Shown here piece by piece: positions 38,454-52,975 of a stretch of 64,000 bases of DNA. Position numbers and translations under genes: made by a program. Source of the stretch: Tubiluchus corallicola (lineage: Eukaryota > Animalia > Priapulida); NCBI GenBank assembly GCA_030141605.1, contig JAQGDQ010000379.1:161673-225672 (forward strand), in the 5' to 3' direction. The notes beneath the pieces were generated by a model. That model worked only from the letters and a program-made list of their open reading frames with translations, was not told the DNA's origin and did no database searches. Within the stretch, counting starts at the first letter, position 1. The number at the start of each line of letters is the position of its first letter.

Positions 38454-40099
38454 ACATTAACGTTTTCTTAAGTGATGTTTTTCATATAATTGTATTGACT
38501 TGTTAATGTAATGTAGCTTAGTTAACTTCTCTTGTTAAATAAGTAATATTCTAGGGAATCTATTGTATTCTTTCAAACTGTTATGCTAATTTCTAGCCTT
38601 ATAACTTGTTTAGACCGATTAAGTATATAGCACAAAGAAATGTATACTATTTAGTACTCCTTCCTTACAGAAACTAGAAAATATTTAGTATAATAATAAA
38701 AATAATTATGACTAGTTATTATCCCTTCATCCTAGTGAGACATTCTCCAAACTTTGCGGTACAGTGCCATTTCTGGTTCAGAATTCTAATTTTTATCATA
38801 AAAACTTGGTTTACTAATTGTGAAAATGCAGCTTGTGTCCCTTGATTATTACTGTATGATTAAGATACATCAGTTGAATATTATTTTGTTGTATTTACAT
38901 CATTATGTTTATCGCTGTACTTATTTTGTCTTAGTTCTTCTTTGAAAAAACTAGTTCTGTAAACATGTTAAATGTACGTGTCACTTTTTGCAATGTATGC
39001 CCCCAAAAATGTATGCACCAGTTATTATTGTTATTTGCAAAACAGAGTTGTCTCAATGCCTTGTGATGTTTTTCTTTTCTTGTAAAAAAAAATCTTAAAA
39101 TTTTACACTTGTTTATTTTAGTAATGAACATCCGTCATCACTGCTTAATTTTTAATCACTGATTAGTAAAAAGTGTAACTTGCTCAGTATTAGTGTTAAA
39201 ATTTTTATACCAAATTCGTATAGGGTCAAAGATGCTAGCTGAAGCTATTTGAAAGATTCGTATTTTTGATGTATGTTGTATTTCCAGAACAAATAGTAGG
39301 GAGAAATTTAACAGTGATATTGTCACCTTTTATTGGAATATAATTTCCCATCACTGAAAATCCAGTCCGAGTTCAGACACCAGTCTCCAGTAATTCACAG
39401 TGATGACACTAATACTTGTATCAGGCTAAATTGCCTTAGCTGGTCGAAACAGTGTAGCCTTTCCCCCCTGGTCTTTACACACTCCAGTATTTCCTTCTAT
39501 CTAATAATTGTTTGACTGAGGTAGCTGGTGCATAATATTTCAGAAGGTGTGTAGGCTATTCTGGAAAATGTCTAAATTTTTTATACGACAATTTATTTAA
39601 TGAATTATTTTTAATTTAGTTAAAATTATACAAGAAACAACACAATGCCAGCATGTTAATGTGTATCACTGGCTTATACTTTTACATAATAGTTGATTCA
39701 TACACCAGCTTTCTCATTTCTTTCTGTACAATTTTGAAGCACGTACAGCATTGTACACGCTCATTAGAATAGACTGCCACAAGCTGCACTAGACGCTGCA
39801 AACATAAATCAATTTAACAAAATAGAACCATACGTTGAAGAGACAGAAATTGCAAACTTGGAATATCTCCGTAATAGTTTACAGTGCTGCCACATTTAAT
39901 GTGTCTCCATGGCCTTTTACACGTATTGCACTCAAATACCATCTAAAAAAGTAAATAGACCCTGAAAAAGTGATGGTGACGATATATCGGTGCGTATGTG
40001 CCTTCCTAGGAACAATTCTTTTCAGCTTGTTCCTGTGCAGGTTTTCACAAAAACTTTACCTGAGGAATCCAGCCAAATAGAAAGAATATGCCTAAAATC

Positions 40100-40480
40100 T
40101 ATTACACCCTTCTTTTTAAATAATGCTCAAATCGCTGAAGAAAGTTGTATTAGAGACTTGCTAGTAACAATACCCAATGATCTCAAATGGAATTCCCATA
40201 TGAGTCATATCATTGCAAAAGCAAACAGTCATGCATTAGCATGATTAAGTGCTGTGTTATATCGAGAAATGCAGCAGTAATTATTCTTCCCTATAAAGTT
40301 GTTGTTCGACCTATTCTGGAATACGCGTCGGTTGTATGGTCACCCCAATATGCTACTCTCAAGAATGTTCTCGAAAGAACTTAGGATAGATGTACTCGTC
40401 TTGTTATTGATTTAGTCCCACTTCGATTTCTACTCTCGAGCAAAGGCATGATATTGTAGACCTTGTGAACTGCTTCAAAA
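40100..40480 (+). mobile_element. CR1/L2 LINE ORF2 fragment, frameshifted
   Basis: IRDLLVTIPNDLKWNSHMSHIIAKAN and YKVVVRPILEYASVVWSP match the CR1-group post-RT region. Confidence 0.75.
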
Positions 40481-41422
40481 TAATTAGTGGATAAGGTATA
40501 CAGTGGTCGTGGACATTGCTGGCAGGATAAAATAAAGCGAAAGCGAATACATAAGAGAGATAAATTGCTTTGTAATGAGGTTTCGCCTATTGTGGAATTA
40601 ATGCCTTTGAAAAAATCGCGAAAATCGAAATTATTTGACTCAGAAATTATGGTAGTCATTATTGGAGTGGGCAGTTTAATAAATTTGTGTTCTTATGCTG
40701 GAAAAGTAATACTGAGGCACGTCAGTCGATCAAGGCTGTTCATAATTCCTTTATACTAGCAGGCATGCTTTATTCTTGTACGAAAACACTATACGTGGGG
40801 TAACATGGGACTCTCGCGCTTGCTTGATATCCCCTTCAGCTGCTTCGCTAGCCCGTACCGTATACGCTGTACATGGAAATACTAGCAAGCCCGAACGTCC
40901 TACGTAACTAATGTTCTCAGACAACTGCTCAAGTATGTCATGTGGACTGCCTAGTAGTACGAGTAGTTGTAGTGCAACTACAAGTACAAGGCAATAAGTT
41001 ACGTCACTCACAAAATCTAATTGTTTGTTATTTATGAAGTAGATTACGCGTCGTCTCCTGAACTTTTGATAGCCCTTTCAGTGGTGAGGCCTAACACCTG
41101 TACTGCTGCAGCTGGACTCAGCTAGTTAGAAATAAAATGTTTTTTTATTTTTAGGTTAGAAAAGAATGTGTATCTAGATGAACTATTACAGCTCCATCTG
41201 TAGGACATCAATTGCAATCATTTGAACTGAAATGGCTGGGAAACTTAAGAGGTCTTTTTAGTTATCTTGGAATTTATAGCTACATTTATATAAACAATGT
41301 AAATGTGACAATTGTAATTTTGAGCTTAACTGTTTATGCTAGGGGTATTATATTAATTTAAGTTTGAATTCCTCTGGTTTGGCACAGAAAGTTGACAAAT
41401 CTGCCAATTTATACATTTTCAG

Positions 41423-44400
41423 TGAAAAGGGCATTTGGGATTTAGCAATAGAAGTTGCAGAAGCACAAGAATCTCAGCGCGGTAGGAACTAAAGTTGTTT
41501 GCTTTGTTTTATAGGTTTAAACGTCATGCATGCACAAAGAGGTTGCTTGGGCGCCATGTTCTACTACAGTGGGCACTGTTTATTAGATTCAAGGTTATTA
41601 GAATCAGTCATCTAACCGACTCAAAAACGTCTGGTACTCCTATTCAAATGCATATAAAAACTTATATTAATTGGCTATCAACTCAAATAACTTCATATAA
41701 TTGACTCAATGGTTTTCTTCAGGCACTTAAAATAAGATACTTGTGTGTGACTAAAGAGCATTTATGTCATCTTTACTTGGCTTTTGTGCTAAACAGTTTT
41801 GTTTGTAAGCAGGTACATTTATCATGCACTAACATGCTACAATGCTTTTCACAGAGCATTTAATTAGTTAAGATTCACATGAAACCTAGCATTTAAAGCT
41901 CTTACAGCTTCTACAGTGTCTACTAAGCCGAAGAGTCATGACTTATGTTTCTATACTAGTAGTACTACACCTTTTAGCTAATAGAATCAGTTGCTTAATT
42001 GGGTCGAAACTCTCCCCTCCTAAAGTGAGTCTATGAAGTGGTACCTCCTGTACAAATTCATTGGTCTGCTGTATGCCAAACAGTGGGTACCACTTTGTAT
42101 AACAGAAAAATTGTATTCAAATGTATGGCAAAAACAACCGTTGGGCGAATTGAAGTCTCGAATTGTTGTCGGAGTGCTGAAGATCACGTGATAGCAATCT
42201 CTCTCTATGCATGCATGGCATTTAAATCTGTTTTCTTTACACAAAAACTAGTGTTAGGGGTTTTTTGTTTCATAAAAATTCTTTAATTATTTTTGTGTTG
42301 TATAAAATGTACTACTGAGCAAAATAAGAATTAGTAGTAATCTGTTAGAAATAACTGGAACATGTTTGTAAGCAGATTTAAATTTAAAATTTATTTAGAA
42401 ACCATTTTTGTGACATTTCTTATCTAAGTGATTTTACAGATAGGCTGCAAAATGGATATTAGCAAAGGCTCTATAAAAACATTTTATGCTTAACCTGAGT
42501 TAACTTTAAATTATTATTATAGCAAGTGCAGAAAAAAGTTAATAGCAATAATAAATCATTGCATTTCTAAAGTAGCATATGTGTTCATTTAGTGCTGATA
42601 GTATACAGTTTCCAATTATCATATTAATTTTAATTTTCAGATGAAGAAAAGGACAGTTCTTCTACAGCCGAAGAGGCAAATCTGATTTTGCTTGGAAGTC
42701 AAAATTCAGTCAGTAATCATTGTAAAATGGAAAATTTTGCCATTTTCCAATCAGATTTTAGATTAGTTAATTTACAAAATTATTAGGGCATAGTATACTA
42801 CAAATTTGTTTGACTGTCCGGTTATACTACTGATACATTTTTTTTGTTATTTATTAATATTTATAATATTTAATATAAATATTACAGTCAAACCTCTTTA
42901 TACCACTCACTTTCTGACTGGAAAATAGTTGGCAAAATAGCGTTTTTGGCGTTATAACGCGGTGTATTAAATTTTGCCATAGATGAATCGCAAAGCAGTC
43001 AGACGTATGTATGCAGATTAGAGTCCTCAATTTTCACTCTAAAGGTTAATTAATTAAAAGAAGGTTATTAAATTAATCATTTATGAATAAATCACTCATC
43101 ATCTGTTTAAGAACTTTTTGTTTACATAAAAAACATGACGTGTTCTCAACTACTTATATAAAAGACAGTAGGCCTACTGCTCCATTAAACATGTATGTTT
43201 GTAAAAAGGTTAAGTCGTAACTACAAATTTCTTACTGGTATTGGTTTGAATGATTCTAATAAACAAGCAAATGTCATCCTTCTTGTTGGTGAAAAAAGAG
43301 CCACGCGTTTTCTATTATGTTCTATTTCTATTATGTCAGTTTCTATTATGACTACGTACCGGTACGTGGTACATTTATTGTGATTATACAATGTAAGGTA
43401 CAGCTTGCAAGCAATAAAAACATGATGACATGCATTCTTTTATACAATTCGTGATGTATAGCCAGTGTCTACTACTCAGCCGGACATGTAGCAGCCTTGT
43501 ACAGCGAGCATTAAGAAGCTGCTGGCGTTAGTTGAGAGACTTGTGACTGCTGGCTGTATTTCCCCTTTGAACACATATATTAATTTGCCTGGCGGATGGG
43601 AGGTAATGGGTGGCAGTAAATCCAATTAATTTAATAGAAATGCTTTCCCTGTTAATTTTTTTTATTTTTTTTTTACACTTAATTTTTTGTAAATATGTAA
43701 TTATTGTTATACACATCACATATGCTCAATTATATAGTTACTCATTTATTTTCACTTCAGGGAAAGACTTCAATTGCATTGAGATTAGCTGATAGGTAAG
43801 CGTTTTTGCTATTTTTATGTCATTACATAATCATTTACAGTTTTTCCATCCATTTAATTGTTCTTGCAGCCAAGCTTTTTGAAAAGTTCATTGCCACTGG
43901 AAGTGACTTTGATTACAGTGATTTGAATAAATGTAAGATTCCTTATCTTATTTGTACCATTTTATATCCTCTCATGCTAATGAACTGCAGTTTTTATTTA
44001 GTTATTTCCTTTATTTCAAACAAGACATTGCATAGGTTAGCATTTCAGAAAATGTTTTTACTATAAAAATCAGCTATACTGCTGTTTTTTATTGTCACAA
44101 TTTAGATCAAAAGCACAAGATTAGTTTGGTTCTTTTTGTGTGATTGGTTTGTAGTTATCTACATATTACATGCTGACTGATAAAAACTAACTGTACTGCA
44201 TTATTGTCAAACTAAACTCTCACTATAATATAAGCTTTTATAACTTAAAATCCTGCATTCGTTACAAATGATTTCTGGTTTCTAAACTCGTTTCTTATGA
44301 TTTTTTATCACTTTGTTGGTATTAAATTTGAAGAACCACCATTTTTTTAGACGAATGACGTTATTAGTACAGTCACAAGGTAACCAAAGATTGGTAAACA

Positions 44401-47400
44401 AAAACAAACATCTGTATCCAAAGACACTTTCTGTACCTCATACATCATTCTCACTCACTCGCGCCAAAGACGCGAAACATGGCAATCTTTACGGCAATGC
44501 ATGCGTTCGAAATTTGCCAGAAAAAAGTTTCTTTTGTTTAATAATAACTATGAATTCTTTGTGTAATCATAATAATGTGTTAAGAAAACTTCAATGTCTG
44601 TTGAGGTTATATAGGTCTTTAATAATGCAAGCTTATGTTGTGTCTCTGTGAGCAGTGATTTTATACTTCTGTGTTTATTCCTTGTTTTTATTATTATTTG
44701 CAGTGCTTGTTTCTTCTGTAATTGTATTCCTCTTTAGTGGGATATTTTTACGTGTTAATATTATTAAAAAAACTTTCCCAAAGATTAGTATCATTAATTA
44801 TGCAATTTTTTTTCTTGTTTTTTTCTTTTCTTATTGTTTCAACTGAAGTTGTGCCTAGAAATGTCCGCTTTTTCTTTTTTCTTAATTGTGTGATTTTTCA
44901 TTAATTTACAGATGCTAATATTTTTTCTTGTATAGAGATGATCAGCCTAAACCAACTACTGCACTGGAATATACTTACTCAAGACTGGGACGTGGTGCAA
45001 AATTAGTTAAAGATGTAATAAGCATTTGGGAATTAGGAGGAGGAACATCACTTACAAAACTTCTAGAAATACCCATAAATAAAAACAATATTCAGTAAGT
45101 ATTGACAGATTTGTTTAATAACAGAGTAGCATCCATTATACTGTTAATAAGCTTCACACATGCTTCTTTAATTTATTGCTAATTGTTTACTAATCTTATT
45201 GGCTTATTCCAAGAAATATAGTTGTGAAAAGTTACTAAACTCTGTAAAATAAAAATAGTAAGATAAAATGAAGCAACAGAAATTGTCATATTACATTCAA
45301 TAGGTCATAGGTCATTTGCTGTTCTGCCTGCTTATCCACATGAGGACACTTTTGAACACTATCATCTTTGAAATGCAGATTAAAACATACTTATTTAAAA
45401 TAGCAAACAGTCTTTAAAGTAATCAAATTATTAGTCTTGTCAGTGTGTTTTTATGTATTTAATTATTGTAGCTTTTATGAAGTTTCATAGGCTGACTATT
45501 TAACCTTGTGAACTTTTTTAAATTCTGTCCTGATTTTAGATATTTTTGTCTATTATGTTGTCTGTCGTATTGTCTATAGATTTAGACGTTATACAAAGTT
45601 ATAGGAAATCGAAGGAGCAATTGTGAAATGTTAAAAGATTCAAAAATGTTAAAAATTTGCAACTCTATTGCTCTACCCCTCCCAAAGAGTAGAGTTCAGT
45701 AAATTTATTGTGATTGTTTTTGTTATTTTAATTATGGATAAAAGAGCATTTTGTCAAGTTCAATTGACACCCAAAGTAGGAAACAATGTTTAAATTTTGG
45801 TGTTTACATGCAAGAGTGACCAAAATCATTGAATGTTGTAGGAGCATTACTGTTGCCATTGTGCTCGATTTGTCTCAACCTGAATCAATGTGGTCAACGG
45901 TGGAAACCTTACTTCAAGCAACGCGATCCCGTCTTGATGCAGCCATTAATGAAACAGCAAATTCTACAATAGCAGCTGCACTGAAGAAAAATACATTACA
46001 GAGAGTTGGAGAGCACCATGCCGACATTAACGTGATAAAACCATTTCCAGTTCCATTAATTATCATTGGAAATAAATACGATATTTTCCAAGTAAGCAGG
46101 GGAATCTTTTAATGCATTTTGTTAGCTAGCTTTATTAGAAACGGCAAAAACGCTCTTCTAAATTATTGCTTGTTGAAGATAAATACTAGGGCGTACTTAA
46201 ATTAACTGCTATGATTAATAGTATAAATATTTCTTGGTTTGTTCACAGAAATGTTAAGTTACTAAGTGTGCTTATAAACAGAAATATATTGTTAGTGGTA
46301 GCTTACGATTACGTTAATACTTTACTTGCTTGTAAAATTGAGAAAATTTAAGTTTTGAGTTCTAAGACAATAAACCCATCTGTTCATACCTGCGTTTTTG
46401 AATGGTCATAATTTTTTCTTTTCACGTTTTAGGATAAGTTTGATTCTGAAAAGAGAAAAGTTGTTTGTAGAACACTACGGTTTTTGGCTCATATGAATGG
46501 AGCTGCATTACAAGTAAGTAATGCTTACATTAATGATGGTAAAAATCCACAATTATTTAATTTTTGGTACTAAATTTAAAAGACAGGAATTGCAAAAGTC
46601 CTACTAACGATTCTCTGTTTACGAGGCAGATGCGTTAGACCACTACGCCACTACATTTCCCAGTGATCAGTGCAGTCCAAAGTTCGTCATCGTTAGCTGA
46701 TCAAGTAAAATTCAGGCTTTCGAATGTCAGATCAGTCACACTTTAGTGATTCTAGCTAATTAGACTTCTTTTATATAACTGATGAATTTTTAGCTTGAAA
46801 TTTCCTTATGTCATTAATTATTATATTAAATTTTAATTAATTTTGGCTTTGTACCATTGTTAATTATAATCTGGACATTAAGATTATAATTATTGATGCT
46901 TACGTTAGCTTCTAAGATTGTGTATTCATGTAATACCGCTTTAATTAGAATGTAATTACAAAAGTCTTCTGCCAAATTCATATTTATTAAATAAATTGGC
47001 TTTAAGGCTTTTAAGTGACTCTAATAAGGATTTTATGAAGTAGTTGAAGTGCATAAAACACAGATAATGAAATGTATGACATCACAAATGAGGTGATAGG
47101 AATCAAATCTAATCAAATTTTTTGGTTTTTATTTTGATATGTGAATGACGTGATGCTTATCTGACAAATGTTCAAATTTAATTGAATCAGCACTTGCAAC
47201 TTGAGTAGGTAATGAGTTCCAAATTTCAGGAGTGGAATTTACATTCATAAAAATGAAGCAAATTGGTTTCTGAAATATAAAGGATTTAAAATGAATTGGC
47301 ACAGTTTGAACAATGTACTTTTTCTACAATTGTAATGGACAAGTTTCAAAATTTGTATAAAGTTTTAATGTTTTTGCAAGTGTAATTAGCTGCTTCATTA

Positions 47401-50400
47401 GTCTCCAAAAGTTGAGAGTCAAAACTTTTAAGCTCCTGCTTGCAAAAGTTCAAGTAAACTAGTAAGTTAGTGCCTGCATTTGAACAATCTCATTTGAGTC
47501 AAAGTTCTAGTATTCTACAATAGCCTAGTAAAAAACTCAGTTTAGTAGCTCAGTATTTAATTAAAATTATTTATTCTTAAGTCGGCTAATCTAGATGCAG
47601 ATTTAACTTGACATCTGAATCACAAAACTAAAACTGTAACAGAAAAATTTATTATAAAATACTCAAATGGTTAATTGTTTTCTCAATTTGAAATTTCGTT
47701 GATTTGTGTTTTGGCCAAAGTTGACATATACTTAAATTATGCTGCAGCTGCATAAACCAAGTAGCCAAGGAGTAACAGAAATGTCATTCTATTTTTTATA
47801 TGTTTTTTCCATTCTGTTTGTTTTATGCCTAGAATCTCATTATTTATGTCTGGTTAATAGGAGACAAGTTAGATGACCGGGTGTGGTTATGTTGTACCCT
47901 GATATTGCACCTTTGAATTGTGCTTACGGGATTGTGTATATTAATTTTATGATTATGTTATATTATGTATTGGTTGTCCATTGCCCAGTCCACTGTCACT
48001 GAAAAATGAATTATATAAATCTTTCTTTGCCAATTTCCAAAGAGGTGAAAACAATAAATTTTCCAAATTCATCTTTCAGAGATAATGGTTACACACAAAT
48101 TATACTTGCTGTTATCTATTATTGTATACGTGTGCTTGTATAGCAAAATCATCCATAAGTCGGTAATTAAGCTTTTCTAGGTATTCACATATCGTGAATG
48201 TCCATTTCATGAGGATCATTTTGATACTAAGTTCATCGCTCTATGTTATTTTTAAGCTGAGATAATCCATGTTGAAGTTGAGATGCAGGCTACGCGTTGA
48301 AAAACATAACATTGAAAAAATAGCTGTTAAAGTTAGCCATTGTTTTTTTGTCGCATTTCAACAAAAATACTTAAACACCGCACAAATGTTGGTTGCTACA
48401 GACTTTGCAAGAACACATTGAAGTTATGTTTAAATCCAGTAGATGGCTCTTACTGATGAAGATCTGGGCTTAGCAACAGAAAAAAAAACCCGAAGCAAAA
48501 TGACTGCTTCTACGAACTACTATCGGAGTTTGAAAATAAGAGCTTTTTACAATTACAGTATTAGTTTTTAGCCAGAAAAGTGGGTACGAGGTTATAAAAT
48601 TAATTTTTTAATACTTTTTGGACATTTTCTTGATAATGTGCTGCTAGAATATAACAGTGCAATACATTCAGTATTTGTTTTATCAAAAAACAAAAAAATT
48701 AACATTTGGCCAAATTTTTGGTGTATTCTATTTTGAAGCATCATAACATAGTTTTAACCATGCCGACTTATGGACAGTTTTGGTTTACAAGCACACATGT
48801 GCTGTTTAGATAATATTATGAAAACAGTCGGCTTTCTTTTACATTGCACTATATTAGTAGGACAGCATTTGTTTTGTTGTTGTCTGACTTTGTCTTTGTA
48901 GTTTTGCAGTACAAAGATTGATAGTTTAATGCAAAGGATGAGAGTGTTACTTGCACTGACTTGCTTTCCATCCAGTAAAAGGTAGGTATGTCTATTTACT
49001 GTTACTTGTACTGTGACAACCGCAAGTTTTGTGAGAAAAGATAAATGCACTAAACTACGTTTAACTCGAACTGGTATAATTTGAATTCTTGTGTATCTCA
49101 AACAGATCTCCCTTTCGTTTTTCCTTTTACTAAACATTGTGTAACTCCGTCCAAATTCACGGTACCTTTTTTAAGAATCTGATTCAAATTGTCTCGCCTA
49201 TCTCCAACAAGCCTCGCTGGTGAGAAGTCCTACGCAAAAGTGTTTTACGATTTTAACTGCTAGTTTCAGTAAAAATGCTAAAATTTCTTGTATTACCTTA
49301 GCGTAACAAATGTGGTTTAATGTAGATCACTATATTATTATTGCCAAATTCTAACAACCATGTTACTCAGGCTATAATAGATGTAGGCTGTTCATTTTAT
49401 TTTTCATTTTTCACAAAAATTGTTGTTCGATATTTGATTAAAGGCTCAGTTTGTTACTTTCTCAGGCTGTAATGTTACTAGTGTATTGTCGGTCATTGAT
49501 GAGGGACTCAGGCTTGTTTTCTTGGGAACATTGTCTAACTCTAACCTTTGCATAACTCGACCAATTTTCCCCTCCCAAAGTGTTCGAGTTACGCATAGTT
49601 TACTGTAGTTCAATTTGCTATATTAAATTTGTAAATTCTTTTCACGTAGCTTCATAATATTTATAAATGTTCAATTTTTCATTTTAGGACAGATGAGAAA
49701 GAGCACAAAATAATGTCAGACCATAACAAACCTATTATTGTACCATTTGGCGCAGATACTTTAGAAAATATTGGATCACCTTTAGCTCAAGATGGAGACA
49801 TAGGAAATGTGGCAGCACGAACAGCGATTGATTTATGGAAGCAGCGTTTCATTGATTATTTTCCTCAAGAAGTAAGTTTCTAAGATTATAATTGTATTTG
49901 ATTGTGCAAATCTGAGCAACTAATTAAATTTGACGCCAAATTTAAAAAATGAAATGTGGAAAAGTTAGAACACTCTCTGAGTTTGAACAAGGAACCTTCT
50001 GCATGCAAGGCAGATGTCGTTACCGTTTCACTACCGTGTTCCCCAGCAATCATGTCAGTCCAAAGTGTATCCCTTATAACTGGCCAACCAACTCAGCATT
50101 TCCAATGTTAGAGATCGCTCACACTCGAGTGAGACTATGTTCAAACTGTTTCCCATTTCCTGTTTTTCAATTTTGAATTCAAATTCAGTTAGTTGTGGAT
50201 TTGTACCTGCAATAGTAACTATGTTGCTAGTAAATATTAATGCTATAAATAATTAATTATGTTTGTATCTGCATAACAAGATAATGAGTGCTTTTTATTT
50301 TTGTGCTGCAAGAGATGTTCTTATCTAATATTTTCAACATTATTGCTGGTATTGATTGGTTTGTTCAAGGACTTAAGTGTTCTCATGCTTGCTTCTGACA

Positions 50401-52975
50401 ATATTTCTATATGTCACCTTGTTGCATTCACTTTTCCTTGACAAATGACTCGCATGATAAAGTAAGTGAAACCATCCAGAAGCATTTTATTCAGTGGTCA
50501 CCTATCCATACCACTGAGATCCACTGCTACGTGACTTTTATACCCATTCAAACCATGAGCTATTCCTCTCACTCACAAGTTATATAAGATTTGTAAAACA
50601 GTCAGCAGTCTACGGAAAATAAAAGTTATGAAAATATTTCAAGTAACAGAATTGCCATGGTTGGGTTAACATTTTGTCAAATCCTACAAATTACTTTAAA
50701 TCTTAGGGTAATTATTAAGATTGCTTCTATATTTTCATGCTCATTTTTGTGAAATTCTCCAAATACACTTTTGTTAGTTCTTTAACAACAAAAGAATTTC
50801 TCTGTTTAAAATTTGTTGTTTTAATTAGACTTTGTATTTTTAATGCCTGTACACTCAGATTCTGAATACTTATTCATCAATAAATTTTATATTCTGCAGA
50901 AGTGCTATTATGTGAAACATTTAAAAAATTGAATGCACTCTACACCACGACTTAATTCTTACTACGTATATTGATTTTTGTTAATGGATAACCACTTTGT
51001 TGTTTTCATATGAGCCGACGTCGTTCTATTTACTCATATGATTAACTGTGAAGTACACTTTACTCTTGTGTTTATACTTATTGATAAATACAACGTATGT
51101 GAACAGGATTGCTGTTCAGTAACACATTGACCTGTTATAAATATAGCCATCATTATCATGGTATTTTGCTTTTGTAATGTTAGTCTATGTGCCCACCAAA
51201 TGCGGATAGATCTTGATTTATCCGGACTTTTACTGTTGTATTTTTCTGTACGAAAAACTGTGTTCACTACAAAAAAATTATAGAAATAGTGCCGGAAAGG
51301 TATATGCAATTGTTTGTGTCTCTTATTAAATTTTTAGGCCAATTATTTCAATGTTGATGTTTCATGTTGAACTTTTACTAGCTAGATATACTAAGTTTCC
51401 TATTTTAATTAAAAGCACAGAATTTCTGTTTGAATGCTACAGGTCATTTTTATCATAAAATGTCTTTTGCTTTGCATATAATTAAACATGGCTTCATTTA
51501 GAGATATGTTTGATGATACATTTAGCAACATTTAATACTGGTCAAATAGTGAAACACGTGGGTGTTTTGTATAGAACATCCGTAAAATTTTTGTCATGCT
51601 GGGAAAGCTCTTATTCCCTTTCTTTTCTTATTCTTTTCCTTATTAACGTGACATTTTGTGCGGAATTAGTGGACACATAAAAGTGTAAATCTATTGATTT
51701 GCTGCATTGTGCTTAGAACGAAAATTTCCATTAGAAAACAGGCTTGTTTTTACGGATCAATCTAGGTTTGGTGGACACTCAGCATTAGTTATGCTTGTAG
51801 TATAAGTAAGTTGGCGTAACTTGACTGACTTCCCAGATTGCTAATTTACCCTGTATATTGAGTAAGAATATGCTTTTAGAGTAATATAACCTTGTTTTAA
51901 GTTATCTTGTTCCAGGCAAAGCAAATAACATACATTTGTAGTATGTTAATATCCATGCACTTGATAACCTGTAAAATGTAATGTATTTGTATTGCAAATA
52001 TGCAAAGCTATGTTGTATGCCGTACCTGTGTAGGAACCTGGATTTATAATGACAAGACCTTGCTATAAGGTAAATAACAGACAAGCATCTTGATAACATG
52101 TAAATGTAACATATTTTTGCGCGTACAAGACAGATTAATTAATTGAAAGCTTTGATTGGTGTTTAGAAAGCAGACGAACCATTGAAACAGGCAGATCCCA
52201 CACTTGATGAAATATATCAGCAACCTGTTATTGATGCTATCAGGAAACAAAAAGCAGAAGTAAGTGGTCAATGTAGTTAAACTTAGCTGGCCTTATTTCA
52301 GTGGTAGATTCTTAAATACTGTATTGAACAGTGGTAAGCCAGAACAGAATTAGTAAGTTTTTATTGCTGACTATGTATAAGCTATTATGTGTATACAAAT
52401 TGTGATTTGCCACAGTTCAGTATCTAAAAACCTGTGAAAAAATAAGTTTTGGTTTTTGAATTCAAGTATGTAAAACTACATGCATTAATGCTTAAAATTC
52501 TTGAGGTAAGTTCCACAGTTAGCTTTAGCAGTTAAACACCTCTCGAAAAGTACTTTTCATTAAATCAAAATGAACAATAATTCAGATTACAAAACAAATG
52601 TTCATCACAAAACTTTGGCTTTTAATTGAAATACTGCATGTACATTTTGGGTAGTATGTATAACGTTTTACTACCACAGACTTCAGGTTTTATTGTAGCC
52701 CTGCTTTTTCGAAAGGTAACTGATGTTTACAAATTGAAAAATAATTATTGTATTCATCTGCTTCTTACAACTTCCAGATTCAATCCTGATATTACAGTAA
52801 TAGTAGTATTTACTCAGTATATTTGTGTACACACCAGTTTCATTTTGTTCGACTGACATATAGATGTAAATCTGATTTCTTTGTGTGATTTCAGGAACTG
52901 GAACGTTATCGGCGACTGGCTGAAAGACGAACAGAGGATGCTATGAAGCAGAATAGATTAAAGATGACTTCTTAG
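41423..52975 (+). CDS. DYNC2LI1: Cytoplasmic dynein 2 light intermediate chain 1 (retrograde intraflagellar transport); first short coding exon unresolved
   Basis: Phase-consistent exons 41423-41481 (EKGIWDLAIE), 42641-42708, 43761-43795 (P-loop GSQNS|GKT), 44936-45094 (PKPTTALEYTY..WELGGGTSL), 45842-46091 (VLDLSQP..PFPVPLIIIGNKYDIFQ), 46433-46513 (FDSEKRKVVCRTLRF), 48902-48981, 49688-49871 (DHNKP..IGSP), 52167-52259, 52895-52975 (ELERYRR..stop). Phase-compatible start candidates: ATG AG|gt at 40575 or MAGKLK at 41232. Confidence 0.93.
42885..43550. mobile_element. Tigger/pogo-type non-autonomous element, degenerate
   Basis: Left end taCAGTCAAACCTCTTTA is typical; right end only weakly matching (gagagacttgtgactg). 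Confidence 0.4.
46605..46656 (-). mobile_element. tRNA-derived SINE head fragment
   Basis: Minus strand gtagTGGCGTAGTGGtctaacgcatctgcctcgtaaacagaga: A box plus anticodon-arm-like stem, no B box or T arm. Confidence 0.5.
47100..47330 (-). mobile_element. L2/CR1-group LINE 3' remnant
   Basis: Minus translation PEIWNSLPTQVASADSIKF. Confidence 0.5.
49048..49605. mobile_element. Tc1/mariner (Tigger-type) MITE
   Basis: Imperfect TIRs CACTAAACTACGTTTAACTCGAAC vs reverse-complemented right end CAGTAAACTATGCGTAACTCGAAC; TA at right end. Confidence 0.6.

Noticed and set aside
46605-46656. tRNA genes here and at 30560-30633 and 58233-58300
   Set aside because: Incomplete cloverleaves; better explained as SINE heads.
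48454-48500. CTGATGA...GAA as a hammerhead
   Set aside because: No closing stem II, and no GAAA-stem III-UH geometry.
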